This document shows, piece after piece, positions 24,878 through 38,444 of a stretch of 64,000 bases of DNA (the first letter of the stretch is position 1; each line of letters begins with the position of its first letter). A model generated the notes under the pieces. That model was given only the letters and a program-made list of their open reading frames with translations. It had not been told where the DNA came from and made no database searches. The stretch is taken from contig CM119371.1 of NCBI GenBank assembly GCA_051294905.1, forward strand, positions 22,570,001 to 22,634,000. The letters are read 5' to 3'. The translations under genes and the position numbers were made by a program. This DNA comes from Botryllus schlosseri (lineage: Eukaryota).

Positions 24878-27800
24878 CATACACCAGAACTACCCCGGGC
24901 ATGCCAGGTGTTTCAAATTGACAATCTGCTTCAGGAATTCTCAACATCACTGCAGTGGAACGGGCGAACTGATGCCGTGTAGGAGCTAAATGTACAGGCG
25001 CTTCTACTTTAGGATTTCCACATACAGTGCAGCAATACAATGGTATTTGTCCTGGTGAGTAGAAGTATAGCTAACCAAAGTATTATAGGTTTAGCTGGCT
25101 GACTACTTAACCTGGAGTTAGGCGAAGGATCCACCTTACTGAACAATCTAAGAACGTCTCAGTAAGCTACGTGGCGCGTCGATTCAACTAAATACTTTAA
25201 CAATCATGTAATGAGATTTGAATTTGAGTTACAGACGCGTTCTGCGAAATGAGAATGCCAAAATCATATAAAAAATAATTATTGAACATTTTTCGTGGGA
25301 TACGGATATTTAGAATATTTGATCCGAAATGAGCTGTTCCGTTATCTATAAAGTAGCTAGACGTGATAGATTCTGACCAACGAACTAACGGCCGAGCCGA
25401 CAATAGTGACCGCCAGGAAAATAAGCTTTCTGTACTATAGCAAACAGACTGTCGGAAGCATTTCTGATCAATGATGAAATTCCCATGACAAACCAATGAC
25501 GGTGCACTCCATTGGCGTCAACTGAAATATAATTATAATGCAGAACGTGCAATAAGTGGAATAAGCGATTTCTGAATCGCATAGCCTATATTTGATGTTC
25601 AACGTTACATTCGAATGAATACAAATTGGATACACGATTTCGGTATTTAGAATTAGATCGTTCCCGTACCTGCAGGAGCGTCGCTAAAAAGTCTAATGCT
25701 GGTGCTGGTATCATTGAGACGTGCTGCAGCTGCCCCAAGCCCAACTACCGCATGTGTCCGACTAACAGCGGTTCGGTATGAGGAAAAATCCATAACGAAA
25801 CATCTAAAACTAATCCCAGTGACTTCATTTCAATTCTAGTAACATAAGGTAACGTTGTCCGAACTGCATTAAAAAGGGGGAATTTCTTGACAGCAAACCG
25901 GGGGGAACAGCAATTTTTGCGCAGTGAGCTGAAATCCCATACAACGGCGATGCTAAGATCATTTAACAATGTCCTTCATTCGATAAACATAGCCAGATAA
26001 TCACACATTCGGAACGCAATTTGAGGTTAAAGAACCGTATACCAATTTTAAAGCATGTACAATCAATTACGCAGAAACCCTATATGTCCACTGGGCGCTC
26101 AAGGCCAATCCAGTGTCGTATGAAATCGAATATGGCGCGTTACTGAGCCAACTTCTCTAAAACTACCCAAGCGAACGCACTAAGCGCTCTAGGATACCTC
26201 CAAAATAACGAAGTTTAGCAGAAAAATTAAAATTCGCACTAACGCAAGTTCACGCCATGGTGAGAGTTGAAAGAAAATTCAAAACCACTTCCTGTATCGA
26301 GGCGCGCTACATGTACGCCAGTAGAAGCAGTTAACAATGGACGGCGAGTAATTCTAATCACAACGTCCTGAGCTGCGATAAGCGCTGTATCGCTGGGAAA
26401 TTTGAAAGGCAATACCAATTCTATAAGTTTGCCTAAAATATAAAAATTTAGCTCGCACAATATACTTTGTCAAGCCTGTAAGAGGATCTGAGACAATTCA
26501 GTAGTAAAAAAAAACGAGCACGTGTAAATTTGAATTAACCGCGCAAGGTGAAATCTCGCGGAGTATATCCTGTTCGCGACACTTATACGTCGTGTTCTAT
26601 ATCGCGGGAAACAGGAAAAGGTTTCATGTAACTCGAATTTGAGTGGGAGCAATCATGTTCAGAAACGAAAATGCAGTCGTCTGGCTGCAAAAATAAGAAT
26701 TTTCCCGCGGTCTGTAAATTGCGACATGTATGGAAGACGTGTCTCTAACGTATAACGTCCACGTGGTATCGACTGCACCACGCCCATGGCTGAATCGGTG
26801 AAATAAAACATGGCGCTTTTAAGGCCAAAAGGAAATCCCGTATTACTCTAGAACAGGATGTCTCTCGGTTACGAGATATACACATTTCATGGTTGGGTGA
26901 TAGCAGGGCTCACCGACAACAGGTACGATGATCGAATATTACAATTATCTGCAACGTCTCCTGGTTTAGCGTTGGCCCTCGTATAGATATAAGCCTCGTA
27001 TGCGTGGATCTGTGAATTGGCAATGTGACATAAATTGATGTATGCTGCCGAACATGAACAGAGCATTTAAGTGACTCGTGGGTTAGTGGGGAACCGCCTT
27101 AGGCAATTTGACGGGTGCATATGTTCAGCTATTTTCGTAACAAAGAGGGCAATCAGGCTTTTACAGTTCAATACATCACATCGTATCTTGCGTGTCGGAT
27201 TAGACATCGTGTATCTTATGGAGATAAAACACTTACCACGATAAATAATTGATTGGTATAATTGGTCGCCAAAATAAAATGATCTGATTCGTTTATTTGG
27301 TGTAAATAAACAGCAAATTAGAGTATTATATTTCGATCAATATATTCACACTGTATTCATGACGCATTGGGAGCAAGAATCGTCGCGTTGCGTCATGGGC
27401 GTTGCCCGGTGGTCTGAATTACCAACGCTTGACGTTTGACACAAACATGTCGATGTTGTTTGTCTTATGGAAAGAGTTGTTGCTTAAATTATGTCAAATC
27501 ACAGGGCATTGCTTCATTGTGTGTTTAATATGCCATGACTTGTTTGATAGTTGATTTTGGAAACAGAGCAAACTATAGACTATAGTTTCAATGTTCTTAC
27601 GCAATGTCTAAACCTCGAAACCGAAATTACTCTATCACAGCACCCAATACATACCTTTCGTCGCGAGACACGTTAGCGCAAATGAGATTTTTGTGAAGCG
27701 GCTATCAATACCCAATCAACACTCCAATGATGTAAATAAGATCGATAAAAGATGAAAAACGATTCGTCAAAAAGTATTGAAATAGACGTTTCGCGAATGT

Positions 27801-27973
27801 CGATGTTACATTTGGAGACCACGAAAGGTCGATTTGGCATCCTCTTATCCGTCCATTATATCGCATGGTATGTCGAGTATCAAATTGTAAATCGTGTTTT
27901 TGTACAGATGACATAACAACGCAGATGATCGATTGATTGTCTAACCGTAATCTGTCTAGAAAACAAAATTTAT

Positions 27974-28410
27974 GGTGTCCGGTCAATACAGAGAAGACCA
28001 TGACCGAGAATGCCATTACTGAGAATGGACACTACCGAGAATTGCCATTACCGAGAATAGACACCAGAGAGAATGGACACCACCGAAAATGGACATCACC
28101 GAGAATGGACATTATCGAGAATTCAATATAGGTAATGCAGTCGTGTTATGCATATGAACAGGTCGTGCGTGTGCATCACGGCGTTGCCACATTCGGTATC
28201 GATACATGTATAAATTACTCGACAAGGTCAGTCCCAGTAAGCTATATTCTTGTGATTAGCCATTCTCGGCAATGTCCATCCTCGGTGGTGCCGATTCTCG
28301 GTAATGACCATTCTCAGCAATGTCCATTCTCGGTAATGTTCGTTCTCGGTAATGGCATTCTCGGTAATGTCTATTCTCGGTAATGGTTTTCTCGGTATTG
28401 GTATAGAACC
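27974..28410 (-). mobile_element. Mutator/Foldback-type MITE, second copy (opposite orientation)
   Basis: Same accgagaatgg arrays and core as 12946-13399; perfect 9-bp TSD aaaatttat. Confidence 0.9.
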
Positions 28411-28521
28411 AAAATTTATAGATTCATAATTATAGTACAAGTAAACAAAACTGATTGCAGTGCTCCAATAATAAATATGTTGATCCTAATAAGAACTGAC
28501 CGTATTCGAATAGGCTTAAGT

Positions 28522-30030
28522 CAGTGGTTCTAAACCGCTGTGCCAATTGGACTGCTCAGGTGTGCGACGAGCAAATGTGGTAAACTTTGTCACAGTATAA
28601 CAAAAATCCAAATTTTGAGTGTGTCATTGTTGGTTTTTCTATTGAATTTACCCGATCAAGACACGCGATGCACAATCCGGTGCTGTGAACTGATATAAGG
28701 ATGTCGAGGCGACCGTAGTTACAGTATCTCAATCTGACACCCCCATTAGGTCATGGATTGGGTCTTTCTCTGGGATTTTCATTGTAAAGACGCCCTGACG
28801 GTGATGGCTAAAATCGGGCAATTGGACCGTGATATTGGGGTGTGGCCGAAGTGTTCACCTTTTATTTGTCACCCATCAGAACCGGAGGCAGAACAGGGAC
28901 ATGACGCAAGTTGATGAGCATTTTCTGTTTCTCTTTGTAGTCGTATTCTTGCCATGTATTTGTCATAGATGATAATTTTACACCATACGGATATTAGTTA
29001 TTTTGATTCCTGAAATGCCAACTTATAGCACGCCCCGCCTTTTGAAAGACACTGCTTTTGCAGATCGGTGGACGAGTAGGAGCCTACATAAACGTCCAAC
29101 GACTAGGAAGGCATTCTCACCACCGAGAAATGAACTCATTCGAAAGTGATGTTCGCGTTTACAAGTTGGAATTGCCAGCATAGCCATTCACATTGCCATT
29201 GTTTGGTAGCGTGCCAGCACTGCAGGTAAAATGTAGGCTCATGGCGCAACATTATGTTGCATGCGACAAATTCGAAAATTGATAAGTAAAGTTGATTAAA
29301 TCATAGCAGTTACAAATTTCACCGCCGCCGAGGTTTATTATCCCGGTTTGTTGGAACTACAATCGAACTGCGGGTGGCTGCCAGTAACACTTTTGAGGTA
29401 TGCTATCCTCACAGGTGCTATTGCATAATCTGCGTGGAAATGCGTTTGGCATCCATGTATAATACGCCTCTAAGCCTCTGTATTTGTTAGCGGCGATCGT
29501 GATTGGACTCTTCGATGGGACGGTTAATTACATCGACAATGCGGCAGTGGGCAGACTTTATTGTCAGCCCAATCGTATGAAATTATGCTCAGCCTGGAGT
29601 TTAAACGAGATCTCAGCAGGTCAGTTATATGGTAACAGAGGTAATACCTAGTAATTCAAAACCTCACAAGGATGTGGAGAAAGTTCTTCTTCCGGCCTGC
29701 AATAAAATTGTAAAGAAATGTTTGGGAAGAATTGAAAACGATTCCCATGTCAAATTCCCATGTCCATGATTCGTATACGTATTTGTGAGATGTCCGCAGA
29801 GTTAAAAGAAAACTCAAGCAGAGAAAAGCCTACTTGAGTGCTCCGAAAAGGTAGAGGTAGGCCTACTTAGTCAGTGACCACATCTGTAAGACTATGGTTC
29901 ATGCTATACGCATTCTGGTAGTTTGCCTGTGCCGTAAGCCAAAAGAGTTCAGAACCACCGTGCTACTGTGCCGCGAACTATTTTTCATTATCAAAATGTG
30001 TCGCGAGGTCAAAAAGGTTGAGAACCACTG
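28522..30030 (+). mobile_element. hAT Buster/Charlie deletion derivative with transposase remnant
   Basis: TIRs cagtggttct / agaaccactg; perfect 8-bp TSD gcttaagt. ~29617-29811 reads QVSYMVTEVIPSNSKPHKDVEKVLLPACNKIVKKCLG...LKTIPMSN...IRIRICEMS, matching the Buster motif KPHTIxExLILPA...IPLSxxTxxRRI. Confidence 0.88.
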
Positions 30031-30639
30031 GCTTAAGTGATTGGCTGACGGCGCGATGGTTGTGAGTTAGGAAAGCTTAACCCCATTAGAATGGGAAAGG
30101 GATTCGGAATCGGATTTGAACAAGATTTATGTCGGAGTATCATGCGATGATTGTGCAAGTATAAGTCACATTTGAAATATAGACTTGAATTTATAGGTCA
30201 GAATTGTTACAGGCAGTGTTGGCCAAAGTTGTATATAATGTTACTCAATTAGAAGTACGAGTAGCTCGCAAAGTCGTAATCAAGTACGAATAGAAGTAGA
30301 AGTAGTGCCATTAGAAGCATTTAAAAACGACCTGAAGTAGACGGAGAATTGACTGGCTTTGAATATAGCTAAAGCAGGTAAGGAATTGGGAAAAGTACTG
30401 TTTTATGGACTGTCATGAAACAGAAACTCACATATGCGCCCGGAGAAAAGAGCAGGATTGATGCTGTTACATTGCAAGAGGTATAATTTATCAACTGTAC
30501 AATAATTCGGCCACAGCATATGGTGCAAATGATCATTGTTTAGATATACATCGGCTGCTCTTATATTTTGTGCCAGAGCCGCTTTTCAGAAAAGGACATT
30601 CTATGACGCGCTACGGCGCGAGGTTTCATCTATTTAATG

Positions 30640-31082
30640 CCGTGGTTCCCTACCGGTCGGGAATTTCCCACTTGTGGGGAATTCAATGGTCTCTGGTAGG
30701 GAGTAGACGCATTTGTAAAACATATACAGGATAGTCTACACTCTACAACTACATATTCACGGAGCAACAGGTTTGATTACCTTTACCAGTTAACTGCCCT
30801 GGAATGTATGTATCAAAAATTATATTGCGTGTTGTTAACAAAAACTCATTTTCGCATAACAGGAAAATTCGCATCGGTTTCGTTGAAATGTTTTATCTGT
30901 TGAATATCATCTGCTTTCTCTACATTGCTTTCTTTCCACTTTTCCAATAGCACGCCCCTGCTAAACGTCTGACCAAATGTTTTGGAGGGGCATTTTAAAA
31001 AGGTATATGAGAGTTTTGGGTAGTGCGGAATGAAGACAAAATCTGAACCGGGGAATGAAGGTAAAAAGGCTTGGAACCACGG
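30640..31082 (-). mobile_element. hAT MITE, reverse relative of 5121-5701
   Basis: TIRs ccgtggttcc / ggaaccacgg; TSD atttaatg / atctaatg (7/8). Confidence 0.85.
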
Positions 31083-31770
31083 ATCTAATGTGAGACGTCA
31101 TTTTCCCTGCGGGGTCCGCAATAGAGGATCGTCATTATGTCATCATGAATTTTATTCCTCAACAAAACACAGACAGAGTTCTAACGTAAACCAATTGAAG
31201 TACTGAATAGCGTAGTAGCATCGGTCGATCTCACCTCACTGGATCGTCCATTTAAAAGGCAAGCACTCATCAGAATACGGTTTCCTATAAAAGGCAGAGT
31301 CACACACAATTGACGCCAAAGATTATTAGGGATCATGATTGGCGGTGAATTGGCCTACCGATCCGCTATAACGCCATCCCCTGTTAGAAGGTCATTACCA
31401 GTTTAACACGATAGCCGATTGGAAAATCGAGAACCGTATATAACATCAACAGTTGGCGCAATTGGGAAATTGACCAAGAAATGGATGGTCGTTATAGTAG
31501 ATTTGAATTTAATTCTAGTCCCGGGAAATAAAAGCAATTCTGATATTAGTTAGGAACTTGTTCATGCAACAGCTCACAACTCACCTTGTGATAAGCATAT
31601 ACTATCCTCAACCTCCAGTAATATATCATATGCATGTTGGACGATGGAGGTCTTATTAGTCAGTTAAATTATAGATCTGAACGCAAGGGAAATTACGTTG
31701 AGCCAGACGAAAAAGTCCCAATGAGAACACATTCTCCGTGAAACAGCTCAGAATGTCTTCGTCCTAGTAT

Positions 31771-31772
<2 letters not shown>

Positions 31773-31865
<93 letters not shown>
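31773..31865. repeat. (CT)n microsatellite
   Basis: Uninterrupted ct run of ~90 bp. Confidence 0.98.
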
Positions 31866-31868
<3 letters not shown>

Positions 31869-32616
31869 GGAGGATCACAATACTTGTAGTTGAAAACTGC
31901 AAATAGCGAAAAGTAATTCAGTAAGACTCGAAATATGACGACGTAGAAGTATTAGTCATAGCGGTAAATTAGATTTACTTGAGTAAGTGTTGCAAGGGTA
32001 CGAATACTACTTGGTTATTTTGAAAAAGTTGTTGTACTTCGTTAACCTATACTTACCAGGTTATAGGAAATTAATTAAACATTAAACTCAACCAGCATGC
32101 TTCCCGTGGGGGCTACATTGGTCATTCCCCTAACACGAATATCGTTTATTAAGTCCACGCATACAGTGGTATAGTATATTTTAACCGACTGATTCCATAC
32201 GTCACGTACAGACAAAATTAAAGCAAGTGTAGGGACAACGTAGCAGCAAGTTTCGTGCTATGGAGAAATGTGTTTTATCCTACGTTATGATTTTTACAAT
32301 AACTGACTTTATTCAGCATATATTCATGACTGATGTTTTTAAATCAAAACAACTGACATGCCCGGGAGCTGAGTTATGACAAACCTAGCATATATGCCCA
32401 ATAATGGCCATATATCTCAAAGGTTACTTCAGCAAAATGTATCCTAAGTGACTGTTCAAGCGTATTCTAACAGCGCTGACTAGATACAAGTTTACATATA
32501 ACAACTGGTTTATAAGTATCGACACGATAAGAATAAATGTCATATACATTATATATATTGCCCTTCACTCCTTGGAATATATATCGAACTAATAAACACA
32601 CCTATTACATTCATTC

Positions 32617-33590
32617 GAGATGCTTGTTTTAAATAATGCCAGTCATAATTTCACTGTGAACATCAATCATAAACAAATCTCAATATGTGACTCAGCAAAA
32701 TATCTCGGCGTCACCATTGATTCCAAATTGTCTTGGAAGCAGCATATTGAATGCACAATATCAAAACTAGCTCGGTGTGTGGGAATAATGACCCGTCTCC
32801 AATCTTTGGTTTCCAGATCAGTGCTACGAACCATCTACTTCTCTCTTTTCCACTCTCATCTGCAATATGGAATCGTAGTATGGGGAAATGCATGCACCAC
32901 ATTTTTGTGCAGAATTCGAACCCTGCAAAACCGTGCGATACGGCTGATCTCATCTGTACCTTTACGTACCAATTTATCGCCTTACTACCGTAAGCATCGA
33001 ATTTTGCGAGTTGATGAACTATATCGCCTCGAAGTATCAAAAGTTGTTCACAAATATTTTTCCAATAGTCTGCCTCCTGTGTTTGATGACTTTTTCATAC
33101 CTGCTAAACATGTCCATTCACATTACACGAGATCCTCGTCTAAAGGAAACATCTACCTACCCCCACCCAATAGCAACCTAACTAAGAGATCTGTCGACTA
33201 CTCGGGACCTATCATCTGGAATGCATTACCACCACATATCCGTGAATTGCCCTATAATAGATTCAAAAAAGCCCTACTTGATCACCTCTTGTCGTTACAC
33301 TAACACTGTTGCCCTACCTCGCCCAGACATTGCTTCATTGATCATTTGCCACCATTGTTTAATTTTTTTTCTATTTCCTTCAACTAAACATTTCTTTACA
33401 GCCAGACTGTTCAGAGTCAAGTGTACCTGTTTGATGCTGGTGTGATCAGACTAGATGACCTTCACGGTCTTATCGATCATTCCTATCTAATACCGAATAC
33501 TGTGCACGCATATTTTCTGTACCACCATCACTGCCGTTTGTTATGTACTTTGGTTCGATGAAAATAAAGACTCTCTCTCTCTCTCTCTCT
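32617..33590 (+). mobile_element. 5'-truncated CR1/L2-group LINE: ORF2 C-terminus, 3' UTR and (CT)n tail
   Basis: ORF 32620-33303 has KYLGVTIDSKLSW, YFSLFHSHLQYGIVVWG, LQNRAIR, H.HYTR and G..IWNALP, typical of the post-RT region of CR1/L2 ORF2. The UTR has the CR1-like gactagatgacc motif, aataaa and a (ct)n tail. Confidence 0.92.
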
Positions 33591-35706
33591 CAAGATGAGG
33601 TAGCCTAATTTTATTCCCCGTGGATGATTTTCGGATCAATTTCACACATATCTCGTACCGACATAGGCTATATCTCTTCACGAGGCCTACGATAACTTAA
33701 GTTATCGTACAGTAATACACAATATTAGGATTTGCCATCATATAATTGGTCACCATGAGGAATTAGATTACACGAGGTGTATGTGCGAAGTCATACTGTA
33801 ATGCTTACGCAACAAATTGCACAGATGATAAAGCACCAACATGCTTGAGTAACGATCGATTACTACCAATGACATACAAGCTAATTAGTAAAAACTACAT
33901 TGGAATAATAGAGTAAGGTAAAAATTTGTGCGGGACTAAAATATTACGGCCAACGAAGATATCCAAGATCACTGACAATATAAATGGAAGTCTTTGTAAC
34001 ATATGGTTTAAACAATACAACAAAACCATCTCGCTCTCTAACAATACTAGGATGTTTGGAATTGGATGTCCATTGTAGAGATTTGAAGACTTGAATAAAA
34101 CGGTGGGTGTATAGTTTCGAAGGTATATGGTGTTGAGCTGTTACTCCTTTTGTCGATCTATGCCGCAGGCCCGCAGTATATATATATATATTATATGCCG
34201 ATCGTGTGCGGTTTGACAGCGTAGTGGTTGACTAAATACAAGCAGCAGATATCACGAAAACGTACCAAATAGTATAGGCCTATGGATTATTAGGACAAGA
34301 CGCTTCATCAGGCCACCGTTGGATTAGGCTAGCAGTCAGATCAAGGTAAGAGTTGCACTTTGAGATGATATTTGTTATTGCTTGCACAAAAAATTAAGTC
34401 CTATAGCATCATTCAACCTTATTTTCAGTGATGGCTGAGAATCACTGACATATACAGATACTGTTGGTTATGCATTACAGATATATACTTATATACATTA
34501 GGCCCTAAAGAAAGTAACAGAGATTTTGCGAACGTTCTGTTCATCTTCGTGTTTTGAATGAGAACCTGAATCACCTTCGTTGTAAGAACTATAGTAGCTT
34601 ATTCGCTATGAATATTTTTAGGAAATGTGAGAAAATCGCAGAAATCGTAAGAATATTGATAAGATCTCGTTGATGTTGGGTTCCTGAACTCGCTGCATCA
34701 GGGAGGCAGCAATAAATGAAATTCAACAGAAAACTAAGATGAAAATTGTATCACCAAAAACTATGCTGATTCTAAATAATGTCATGCCACTTCTTCTACT
34801 TGCTTCAGATAAAAACCGTCGAAAACAAGATCATGAACTTTATATCGTCACGCGCGATAGGAAAACCAACCACGTCCAACGCAACCGACCAGATTCTTAA
34901 TTCAAGCGGTATGTAATCGTCATGAGCCGCACAACAAAATTTGGTGGAAATGAGAGTCCCTTATATAAAACGAAACCTAACTCCAGATTGGCCGAAAAGG
35001 TAATAAAACATAATGATATCGCATATCGATTGCGCCATTTACAACATGCCGGCGTATTTTGATAAAAAACTATTATACAGAGGCAACATACATGAATTTG
35101 TGATCGAATTAGCATTCCAAAGTCGTGTGTTCGCTTTCAAATTTGTGTTTTCGAGGATCTTTTCCAGTTGCGTGGCCAAAAAAAAAATTGGATGTGCTAG
35201 ACATATATTTGATGAGTACCAGACCCCAACCCGAAAAAATATTATTTATTATAATATAATTAAAAATACGGTCATGGGCCTCCACTGGGCGATCAAAATA
35301 TATATTGTGTATACTCTTTATACATACATTTCGCAGAAACATATGAATATACCCTTTTCGCGCCAACCAAGTTACGCGATTGACGAACGAGGTGGTTTAG
35401 GTTATGGCAAACGCAATACTAACATGTTCAAGTTCATGTATATTGGCATATTGGCCCAAAATCTTATGAAATATTAACGTGACCACTGCCTATTGTTCCT
35501 AACTAAATTTGTGGGAGCACATGAGTCATTTTATCACCTGGTTTCGTCAACACGCCTCGAATTAAAATTCGAATCTCTCGAGGGTTTGCAGTTGCACGAT
35601 CACCATTATCCTGACGACTAGAGTATAGAAGGGAAAATAACGCTTTAAACGAATCTTAGCATAGAGACCTTCAATTTGGCGTAGTGATATCCAGACAAGT
35701 CAATAG

Positions 35707-37415
35707 TCACTTCAATTACGAGGAGAGAAGCCGATTCAACCATACGGCTCCATGGCTGATGGTGGATCGCCAAACGTCATCTCTTTAAACGGGATGAATG
35801 CTGAAAAAGTCGTCATCGTGCAGGGAAACACTGGCAGGTGAGTTATATCGCATAAATGAAGCGCATGTAATTATATTATCCAACTGTTACAAACCCTATC
35901 ATCAGACCAAATCAAGTAAACAAGAACAGAAGGAACAACAACAGGGCAAAGGGGAATAAAGGTTAAGTAACGATGTTAAATCTCTCCATATCATGATTTA
36001 GATAAGTGGTTCGTAAACATTTTAGCGCGAGACGCAAATCTGAATTTTATTGTCATGTTTTGACCCAAGCTTCCCACATCTAAACAAATACATTTCTAAT
36101 GTGAGTGCTCTAGGGGAGGATGTAGAAAAGAGAGTACCTGCAGACAACAGTTTGTACGCAACACAGTTCTATGGATTCACTTCAAAAAACCATTGCTACA
36201 GTGAGGTAGATGTCACATGATATTTCTCATTGATATTAATACTAATGCACAATTCTTGTACTGTGGTCTATGACCCAGTTGTACGCACATAAATGATACC
36301 CGAACTTTGTCTATTATATATAATTATTAGATCGTGTAACACGACAGTCTGCACATTTTCATGATAAATCCATATTGTCGTGACAACTTTTCTGTGCTTG
36401 TCGTTAATTGGCTCTAGTACCAGGGTTGTAACCAAGTCACAAGGCTCCGAGTCACAAGTCAATCTCACTTTTATATTTTTGACTCGAGTCAAGTCGAGTC
36501 ATTTTCAATTCCCTCCGAGTCAAGTCCGAGTCCAAGTCAGCAAACAGAGGATCGAGTCCGAGTCATGGTATTATGACTCGAGTCCGAGTCCAAGTCATTG
36601 TGTTGACTGCTCAGTTTCCGGTTGAAGTCTTCCTAAACTCACTTTTTACCTCTGTTTTGTGATATTGAATGGTTCGCATTTATAATATATCAATTTTACT
36701 CACTTTTAGCAGTTTCTGGTCGCATTTTCAAGCACCAGTACTACCAAACGAAATCCCAATAGTGTGTTGGCTTCGAAATGACAATGAAATGTCGGTCTTG
36801 GCCGTCTGAATCTCGAGTCAATGACTTGCTTCGAGTCATGCGCAATGACTCGAGCCCAAGTCGAGTCAATACACAGATTGACTCGAGTCGATTCAATTCA
36901 GTATTTTGAGAAAATGACTCGAGTCGAGTCGAGTCATCTGAAAATCGTGACTCGAGTCTGACTCGAGTCATTACAACCCTGTCTAGTACCCAACGCAATA
37001 GCCTTGGATATGCAATTGTGTAGCAGTTTCCCACATGAGACCGTGCGAAGCGCAAAGAAGCAGTCTCGGGATTTCAGCAATTATTACATACATATTTTAA
37101 GCGATCGCTTTGGTGGGGTCACCGCTGATCAACGGCCAATTGATTCCGTTGTAAAAATTCAATCTCAGATCCAAGTTATGCGGGATTGGAATCCGACGGT
37201 CGGCCTGTATATACGAAACCAGCAATGGGAGTAGATCAACATCAACTGCAAAGGGTATCCGTTCGCCTGTGAAACCAGGTATATTGATATATTGTGAATG
37301 CGTATTCCACTAAATGAATATATAGCAGATGTCAGAATGGAATTTATCTTTGTAGCAGATCCCATAGGTCATGAAATGACACGAATGGACAAAAAGACCT
37401 TCGAACCAGAAGCAG
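35707..37415 (+). other. Three candidate small coding exons (35707 or ATG 35752-35837; 37169-37278; 37359-37415)
   Basis: AG/GT-bounded, open and phase-compatible (phase 2, 1, 1): MADGGSPNVISLNGMNAEKVVIVQGNTG-R-SKLCGIG...SPVKP-D-PIGHEMTRMDKKTFEPEA. No recognisable domain. Confidence 0.4.
36421..36981 (+). mobile_element. hAT MITE with gactcgagtc subterminal repeats
   Basis: TIRs cagggttgtaa / ttacaaccctg; perfect 8-bp TSD tctagtac. Confidence 0.92.
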
Positions 37416-37767
37416 GTGACTACATGGATATGATAGATAGAGGATAATAAAATACATAAAAATGTAGTGTAATTAGCCATATTTACTTGAGTATGCACTA
37501 TTAGGAAACGGAGAAATACCTAGTATAGTGATGGCGCGAATGTTCGGCTCATGTTTTCGCAATGCGAATGTGAATCTCGGTAATTCGGATTCTTTCGCTC
37601 ACAAACGAACTTGTTATTGAAATGAAAGTAACTTCCAGTAACGTCAACGTCAGTGCTCAAAATTCTTTTAGAGCAAAAATTACATCCAACATAATCTAAT
37701 ATAATCCTCCAAGCGTTCAATAATACACTGGTTTTCGATAATTTGACTTGAAAAGATTTTGTGTTTC

Positions 37768-38340
37768 TGGATTATAAGATAACTCGTTTCGACCATCACC
37801 ATGTGCTTGGTGATGAACTGGGCCGGACAGAGATCATGACAATATATTCCGCTGCAATGACAGAGTTAGTTTTACGCTGTATATGATATTTACGGTACGT
37901 TGTGAAACATTGTGCATGAGATCAAGAACCATCCTTGAATCTTTATTATTTGGAATGAGTGCTTATATGCCTACTGGATCAAATAAATGACCTCAGCTAT
38001 GATACAACGTGACAACTAGGTCGCCCTAGGAACATCCTATGATAACACGTCCGCTGAGGTAATATCGATATGACTAATGTTACGAATGACACCAGTTGGA
38101 TTTTATTTGTTGAGTATCGACTATACCCCTGGGGCACGGAATGAAAATCAAACCAGCTTTCTAATGCTAATATAGTTGAGAAAATTCGACACAATTAATC
38201 CGAAATCTTTCAAATCAAATTTTCACCGTCGCGTTCGAGAGTTCAATGCAAATAAATATAGACATGGATATAAAGCACGTTAACTTGTATGAATAAATGG
38301 TCAGAGAGGGTAACGAAGCTCGATTTTGCTATAACACTGA
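37768..38340 (+). pseudogene. Possible heavily decayed protein kinase domain
   Basis: In order, with stops and frameshifts: ITRFDHHHVLG...TIY (N-lobe-like), WILFVEY (cf. YIVMEF), MDIKHVNL (cf. HRDIKLEN), KLDFAIT (cf. VADFGIS). Confidence 0.35.
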
Positions 38341-38444
38341 TATCTAGACATAAATTTCAGATGACTCAAAATGACTCCTGTGTTGAGAGAAACGAAATTG
38401 ATGAGTGGCAATCTTGAATCAATTCATAAATAACTGCTTATAGA

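Larger units (their letters stand above)
18880..27950 (+). repeat. Diverged segmental duplicate of ~1150-12740
   Basis: Collinear blocks: 18880-19950~1150-2660; 21520-22600~7330-9000; 23050-23850~9330-10210; 24880-24950~10540-10620; 26940-27950~10700-11270 plus 12630-12740. Confidence 0.8.

Noticed and set aside
32620..33303. Host gene or active retroelement
   Set aside because: Only the post-RT C-terminus of LINE ORF2 is present; no endonuclease or RT catalytic core.
34620..34900. CARD/death-fold relic upstream of the micro-exons
   Set aside because: Only a vague helical pattern across several frames with stops; not supportable.
35013..35477. 154-aa ORF and the other 60-130-aa track ORFs not listed above
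   Set aside because: No recognisable motifs or splice support; consistent with chance ORFs in AT-rich repeat DNA.
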